Assembly: GCA_965262915.1 (NCBI GenBank)
Contig: OZ253564.1
Span: 448,001-512,000 of the forward strand
Origin: Candidatus Spongiisociaceae bacterium
Lineage (GTDB): Bacteria > Actinomycetota > Acidimicrobiia > Spongiisociales > Spongiisociaceae
DNA length: 64,000 nucleotides
Direction: 5' to 3'
Shown here piece after piece: positions 59,195 through 64,000 of the stretch (the first letter of the stretch is position 1; each line of letters starts with the position of its first letter). A program made the translations under genes and the position numbers. The notes below the pieces were generated by a model. It was not told where the DNA came from and made no database searches. It saw only the letters and a list, made by a program, of their open reading frames with translations.

Positions 59195-59597
59195 ACCGTG
59201 CGACTAACCGTGCGTCTGTCTCTGACCTGGGGTTTCGCGGACGCCGCCTGGGGGATGTGAGTCCCTGCTGCGGGTGGCTACTCGGCGCAGCCGACCTACC
59301 GGCAAGCGGTGTTCCTCGAGGAGTACGAAGCACCCGTGTGTGGTTGGGCGGGGAGAGAACGGTGAAACAGCCGGGCAGCTTCCACCGGTCCACACGCCCA
59401 GGCTGCCTCCCTTACGGCGAGGGGATCCGGTCGACGTAGGAGCTGGCCGAGATATGACGCATGGGACGGCTCCAGGGGTACCGCCCGCGTGGGTGACAGG
59501 GGTACCCCCCGGGCCGCCCGCGCTGGCCAAACCGTGCGTTTACATCCCCAAACCGTGCGACTAACTGTGCGTCTGTCTCTGACGTGGGGTTTCGCGG
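59163..59597. repeat. Iteron-like repeats: 52-bp direct repeat (59189-59240, 59546-59597) built from AACCGTGCG units
   Basis: CCCCAAACCGTGCGACTAACYGTGCGTCTGTCTCTGACSTGGGGTTTCGCGG twice, plus extra ACCGTRCG units at 59163, 59175 and 59531. Confidence 0.8.
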
Positions 59598-60226
59598 GGC
59601 AGCGACCCCGGCTCCCCGGCCGGGCCGACGGGGCGTGTCACCTCCCCGCCCTCGGCGGGGTTACCGGGGTACCCCTGGGCGGGAAGCCGCAGAAGCCGGG
59701 CTCCTCCTCGTCGCGGTAGCGGGTAACGGGGGGATTTGGGGGTCTGGGTGGGCGGGTGTCGGCGTGTTGGGGCCGGGTCTGGGGCGGGGCGGGCCCGGTT
59801 TGCCCAGACCCGGAAGGGCCGGCTACTTGCCTCGGGAGGACGGGTGTGGGTCTGGGTGGGCTGTGTGCCGGGGCGGTTATTCGTGGGCTGACCTGGGGGT
59901 TTGGGGGTCTGGTCGGGGTTGGTGGCGGGGTGTACGGCGATAGGTGTGTGTGTGGTCGGGTTGGTGGTTCGGGTGTCGGGTGTTCGGGCTGGGTGGGGTG
60001 TGTACCGGGGTATCGGTGGTTGTGGATAAGTGGGGGTACTTGGGTATCCCTGGGGTTGGGTGCGGGGAGGGTGTTTCGGGGCTGTTTGTGCGAGGCACGT
60101 TTGCATTGAAATGCGGTACCCCAGTACCCCCCTTCCGGGGATACCGTCGGATCCCTGGGGGGTACCGTTGTACCTTCCGGGTGGGCGCGCTGTCGCGAAC
60201 GCGGGCATGGTCCACGATGCCGGGCC

Positions 60227-63200
60227 ATGTCGGTTTCGATTTACAAAGTCGGTGTCGAACACGTCGCCTACTACATGGGCTGTCGGGGGAAGGGCGGCCA
60301 CGGTGCGGGGACGGTCGGCGGTGGTGGGGACCACGAGCCGTCGGGGGCTTCCCCGGTCGTCGGCGTGTCGGGTATGCCTTCCGGCGGGGGACCGGCTGGC
60401 GGCGCCGGGCCGTCGTCGGGGGCTGGAGGCGTCGAGGGCGGAGGTGCTGGCGGTGGGGGCGTCCCGCTGGTCGGCTATTACACGGGCAGGGACGGGGAGT
60501 TGGCGGGCCGGTGGGCGGCGGGGGGGTCTATGGGTGTGGCGGTGGGTGCGCCGGTGACTCCCACACAGTTGACGGCGTCGCTTTCCGCGGTGGATCCTGG
60601 GTCGGGGGAGCGGTTGGGTAGGCGTTACACGCCGGGCGGAACCTACGTCGACAACTTGGGGGTGACCCGCCGGCGGCGTAAGTTCTCCGCTTATGACGTG
60701 GTGTACGCCCCACCGAAATCGGTCAGCGCGGCGTGGGCGCTGGCCGACCCGGCGACCCGCAAAGAGATCGAGACGGCGTGGGATCGTAGCGTCGGGGCGG
60801 TGGTCGGCTTCGTCCAGGCCGAAGCGGTAGCGTCGAGGTCTGGAACGAACGGGGTCCGCCGGGAGGAAGTACCGGCGGGGGCGACCGTCGCACGGTTCGA
60901 TCATTGGACTTCCCGAGCCGCCGACCCCCATGTCCACGCTCACCTGTTGGTGCATAACCGGGTGCGATGCGAGGATGGCAAGTGGCGCACTCTCGACGGG
61001 CGGCTCCTGTACCACAACGCTGCTGCGGCGTCTGCTGTGGGCGCTGCGGTGCTCCGCGCTGAGCTGTCCCGGCGGCTGGGGTGGAGTTGGGACCGGGTGG
61101 GGGACAGTTGGCATGCTGAGGTGGCGGGCGCCCCCCGCCGTCTCATCGCGGAGTGGTCCACCCGTCGGCGGCAGATCGACCGAGCCGCGCAGGCCAAGAT
61201 CCGCCGCTTCGAGGCCGACCGGCAGCGTGAACCCACCCCGACGGAACGGGCCGAGCTGTGGGCGCGGGCACAACGCAGCACCCGCCCTTCCAAACAGGAC
61301 GACCCCGACCCCCACACCCGCTGGCATCGGGAAGCCGAAGCCCTCGGCATCGACCCCACGCACCTGACCGCGTCGTTGCGGACGGCCCGGCGGCGGGAAC
61401 CCGACGACTACGACCGGGCCGAGCTGGTGCTCTCCCGTAGCAGCCAGACGGTTCCCACCCCGGTGGCCGACGCGGTTGTCGCACAATTGGAACAACTCGG
61501 GCAGGCATCCCGGGGCCTGGGCCGCCCTGACATTCTCCGCACGCTGTGGGCCACCCTCAACGCAGGGGCCGCCCTGGGCGGCCAGAACATCGACGTGGAA
61601 GCCGAGCTGGGCCGCCTCGCCGCCGAACTGTGGGAACGGGCGACCAGCCGTTTGGTGGAACGCGACGGCCGCTGGTACTCGGCCGGTCTGGCCTCAGCTG
61701 AGGTGGCTGCGGTGTCGTGGCTGGCTTCCGACGCCCCCCCAGCTGCCGCCGCCGCCGAAGCGGACACCGACGGGCTCGGCGGCGACCAGGCCGCCGCGGT
61801 GGACACCATCCTCAACTCGGCCACCCAGGGTGTGGTGGTGCTCGGGCCGGCGGGGGCCGGCAAGACCGAGATGCTGGGCCGGGTGGCTGCAGCGGTCGGA
61901 GCGGACCGGGTGCTTGCTGTGGCTCCCACCGCCGAAGCCGCCGCCAATCTCGGTGCTGCTCTGGGTGTGGTGGGCGAAACCGCCGCCCGGGCGGCCCTGT
62001 CCGACGATCAGGTGCCCCGAGGTGGGTGGGTCATCGTCGACGAAGCCGGCCAGCTCGACACCCGCACCCTCGCCGCTCTAGCCGGTCGGGCTGCTGCCGC
62101 CGACGCTCGTATGATCCTGGTGGGGGACACCGCACAGCAGGGACCGGTCGGGGCGGGTGGCGTGTTCCAGGCCCTCGCTGACCGGCCCGATCTGGTTCCC
62201 GCCGCTGTGCTGTCCGAACTGTGGCGTTTCTGTGACCGTGACGAGGCCCGCGCCACCGTCGGGTTACGCTCCGGCGATGTCGACGCGCTGGCCTACCACA
62301 CCGAACGGGGCCGGGTGCATGACAGCACCGAAGCGGAGCTGCCAGCCGTCGCGGCCGGCTGGTGGGCGGCCCGCCGTGACCAGGACACCATCATCACCGC
62401 CCCCACCCTGCGTCTCGTAGCCGACATCAACTCGGCGATCGCCGCACGACGCCACACCGATGGGGAGACCGGCGAAGCGGTGCTGGGCGAGGGTGACACC
62501 ACCATCCGGGTGGGTGACATCGTGGCAACCCGACGCAACAACCGCCGGGTCGTCGCGTCCGACGGCGGGTGGATCCGCAACGGCGACCGCTGGGTGATCA
62601 CCGGTACCACCCCCGACGGCCAGATCACCGCACGACGCCTTGACCGCTCCGCCACCGTGACACTCCCCGGCGGCTACGCCGACGAACACGTCCAGTTGGG
62701 TTACGCCACCACCCAGACACGCGTCCAGTCCCTCACCGTCGACGCGGCGCTGTGTGCTGTCACCCACGCGTCCCGCCGTGACCAGCTCTACGTCGGGATG
62801 ACCCGAGGCCGGGGGGAGAACCACCTGCTGGTAGTCACCGACCAGCCACACTACGACGAGGACACACCCCCCGACCATCTACCACCCGACCACATCATCG
62901 CCACCGTCATGGGCCGAGGCGGCTCCCATCCTCTCTCCGTCCCGGCCGGCGCTGTCACCGTCACCCCGGAAGTGGCCGCCGCCCACCTCCGCAGAATATC
63001 GGACACCCCCCACCAGGCTCCCCTTCCCGACCTGCCCAACGTCGACACCCGCCGGATACTCGCCCACGGAACGACCGCACAGACAGGCGGGGTGGGGGCC
63101 GAAGCCGTGATCGGCGGAGCGATCGGAGCGTGGCTCGACGCTGAACTCGCCGCCGACGCCGAAGCCGACGAAGCCGCACGGGCGTGGGAGGACGCCATAT

Positions 63201-64000
63201 TCGACCACATCGAAAGCGGCGGCAACGTCGAGGATCTGATCTCGTCTGGTACAGACCCCCACAGCTGGCTCCCCGACGACTACGACGCCGGATACGACAG
63301 CCTCCCACCGGGCGGCCTGGACGACTACGACCCCGATTCCGACCTGGCGGCGGCTCCGCCCGAGGAGGAACAGCCGACCGTTCTGGGGCGGGCGCAGATC
63401 GAAGCGGTGATCGAGCGGGTGATCGACCGGTGGGGAGCCGACCACTTCGAGCCTTACCTGGCCCTGGCCGACGGCTGGGCGGACACACCGCCGCCCGATC
63501 CCCGCAACGACCCCGGCCCCCTCGTCGACCTCGCGGCCCTCTACCAACAAGCCCGCCACGCCGGAGACGACCACCTCGCCGGGCGGGCGGCGGCGCTCAT
63601 GGCCGCAGTGGCCGACCCCACCCTGCGCGACACCCTCACCCCCCACACCAGCCACCAGCTCACCCACGCCGACCGGCGCTGGGCCAAAGCAGTCCGCGCC
63701 CACCTCCGGGCGTGGCGGGCGGAAAGATGGGCGCCGGTCCTAGACGCTCTTGACGTCACCCGCAGCCAGCTCCGTGCCCGCATCCCCCAAGGCGGAGCCG
63801 TCACCGCGGAGGTGGCCGCCGCCGCCGACCGCACACACTGGCACCAGGCTATAGCGGCCTGGCTCGACGACGGAGCCGCTGCCCCACGCCTCGCGGCTGT
63901 CTGGCACACCGCTAACCGGAGCACCGCCCAGACCCTCGCCGGTATCCGCCCCCCAACCGCACCCGGCAGAAACGCCAACACCGGACCGCCCTGGCGGAAC
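60227..64000 (+). CDS. MobF (TrwC-like) relaxase-helicase, runs off the window end
   Basis: Translated by hand in frame from ATG 60227: MSVSIYKVG..AYY...GYYTG..GELAGRW, YDVVYAPPKSVS, HWTSRAADPHVHAHLLV (HUH), W.TLDG, WSTRR, GPAGAGKT, VDEAGQ, LVGD..Q, LGYATT, LYVGMTRGR. Confidence 0.9.
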   Translation, partial: MSVSIYKVGVEHVAYYMGCRGKGGHGAGTVGGGGDHEPSGASPVVGVSGMPSGGGPAGGAGPSSGAGGVEGGGAGGGGVPLVGYYTGRDGELAGRWAAGGSMGVAVGAPVTPTQLTASLSAVDPGSGERLGRRYTPGGTYVDNLGVTRRRRKFSAYDVVYAPPKSVSAAWALADPATRKEIETAWDRSVGAVVGFVQAEAVASRSGTNGVRREEVPAGATVARFDHWTSRAADPHVHAHLLVHNRVRCEDGKWRTLDGRLLYHNAAAASAVGAAVLRAELSRRLGWSWDRVGDSWHAEVAGAPRRLIAEWSTRRRQIDRAAQAKIRRFEADRQREPTPTERAELWARAQRSTRPSKQDDPDPHTRWHREAEALGIDPTHLTASLRTARRREPDDYDRAELVLSRSSQTVPTPVADAVVAQLEQLGQASRGLGRPDILRTLWATLNAGAALGGQNIDVEAELGRLAAELWERATSRLVERDGRWYSAGLASAEVAAVSWLASDAPPAAAAAEADTDGLGGDQAAAVDTILNSATQGVVVLGPAGAGKTEMLGRVAAAVGADRVLAVAPTAEAAANLGAALGVVGETAARAALSDDQVPRGGWVIVDEAGQLDTRTLAALAGRAAAADARMILVGDTAQQGPVGAGGVFQALADRPDLVPAAVLSELWRFCDRDEARATVGLRSGDVDALAYHTERGRVHDSTEAELPAVAAGWWAARRDQDTIITAPTLRLVADINSAIAARRHTDGETGEAVLGEGDTTIRVGDIVATRRNNRRVVASDGGWIRNGDRWVITGTTPDGQITARRLDRSATVTLPGGYADEHVQLGYATTQTRVQSLTVDAALCAVTHASRRDQLYVGMTRGRGENHLLVVTDQPHYDEDTPPDHLPPDHIIATVMGRGGSHPLSVPAGAVTVTPEVAAAHLRRISDTPHQAPLPDLPNVDTRRILAHGTTAQTGGVGAEAVIGGAIGAWLDAELAADAEADEAARAWEDAIFDHIESGGNVEDLISSGTDPHSWLPDDYDAGYDSLPPGGLDDYDPDSDLAAAPPEEEQPTVLGRAQIEAVIERVIDRWGADHFEPYLALADGWADTPPPDPRNDPGPLVDLAALYQQARHAGDDHLAGRAAALMAAVADPTLRDTLTPHTSHQLTHADRRWAKAVRAHLRAWRAERWAPVLDALDVTRSQLRARIPQGGAVTAEVAAAADRTHWHQAIAAWLDDGAAAPRLAAVWHTANRSTAQTLAGIRPPTAPGRNANTGPPWRN

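Larger units (their letters stand above)
56415..64000. mobile_element. tRNA-Ile-integrated mobilizable element (right end outside the window)
   Basis: Integrase immediately 3' of the tRNA, followed by a primase-like gene, iteron-like repeats and a MobF relaxase. Confidence 0.75.

Noticed and set aside
59561-61495. 644-aa minus-strand ORF and other long shadow ORFs (e.g. 1007-2398, 41566-43197, 48971-50665)
   Set aside because: Antisense or alternate-frame shadows of real genes in high-GC DNA; Pro/Arg-rich with no motifs.
1-64000. CRISPR array or cas genes
   Set aside because: No regularly spaced repeat-spacer series and no Cas-like ORF was seen.

Overview
High-GC window, probably from an actinobacterium (Acidimicrobiia-like; inferred from the F420 LLM enzyme and the IS and MobF types). 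It has four parts. (1) Catabolic genes at 1-17.5 kb and 35-56 kb: arylsulfatase, a CehA/McbA-type metallohydrolase, ThDP enzymes including Xsc, PhnA, an AtzA/TriA-like amidohydrolase, a Psr/Sre-clade molybdoenzyme operon, and a sugar-type ABC / PEP-hydrolase / Tm-1 / F420 cluster. (2) An IS and pseudogene hotspot at about 11.5-35 kb: IS3 remnant, IS5, three ISL3 copies, IS110, IS630, a decayed tyrosine recombinase, many toxin-antitoxin remnants and tRNA 3' scars. (3) tRNA-Ile(GAT) at 56.3 kb. (4) The left part of an integrative mobilizable element after that tRNA, with a P4-type integrase, a primase-like gene, iteron-like repeats and a MobF relaxase-helicase running off the window. Best findings: an IS110 inserted precisely inside the terminal inverted repeat of an ISL3, whose non-coding end shows readable bridge-RNA target and donor guides matching that repeat, and whose recombinase has an extra XRE-type HTH; an NYN RNase gene followed by an apparently independently promoted and terminated ~75-nt structured RNA (candidate RNA-antitoxin module); a natural AtzA/TriA homolog with an altered catalytic motif; and a Tat-less molybdoenzyme beside xsc that may be a non-canonical sulfite oxidoreductase. 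All family assignments are motif recognition by eye; no searches were run.
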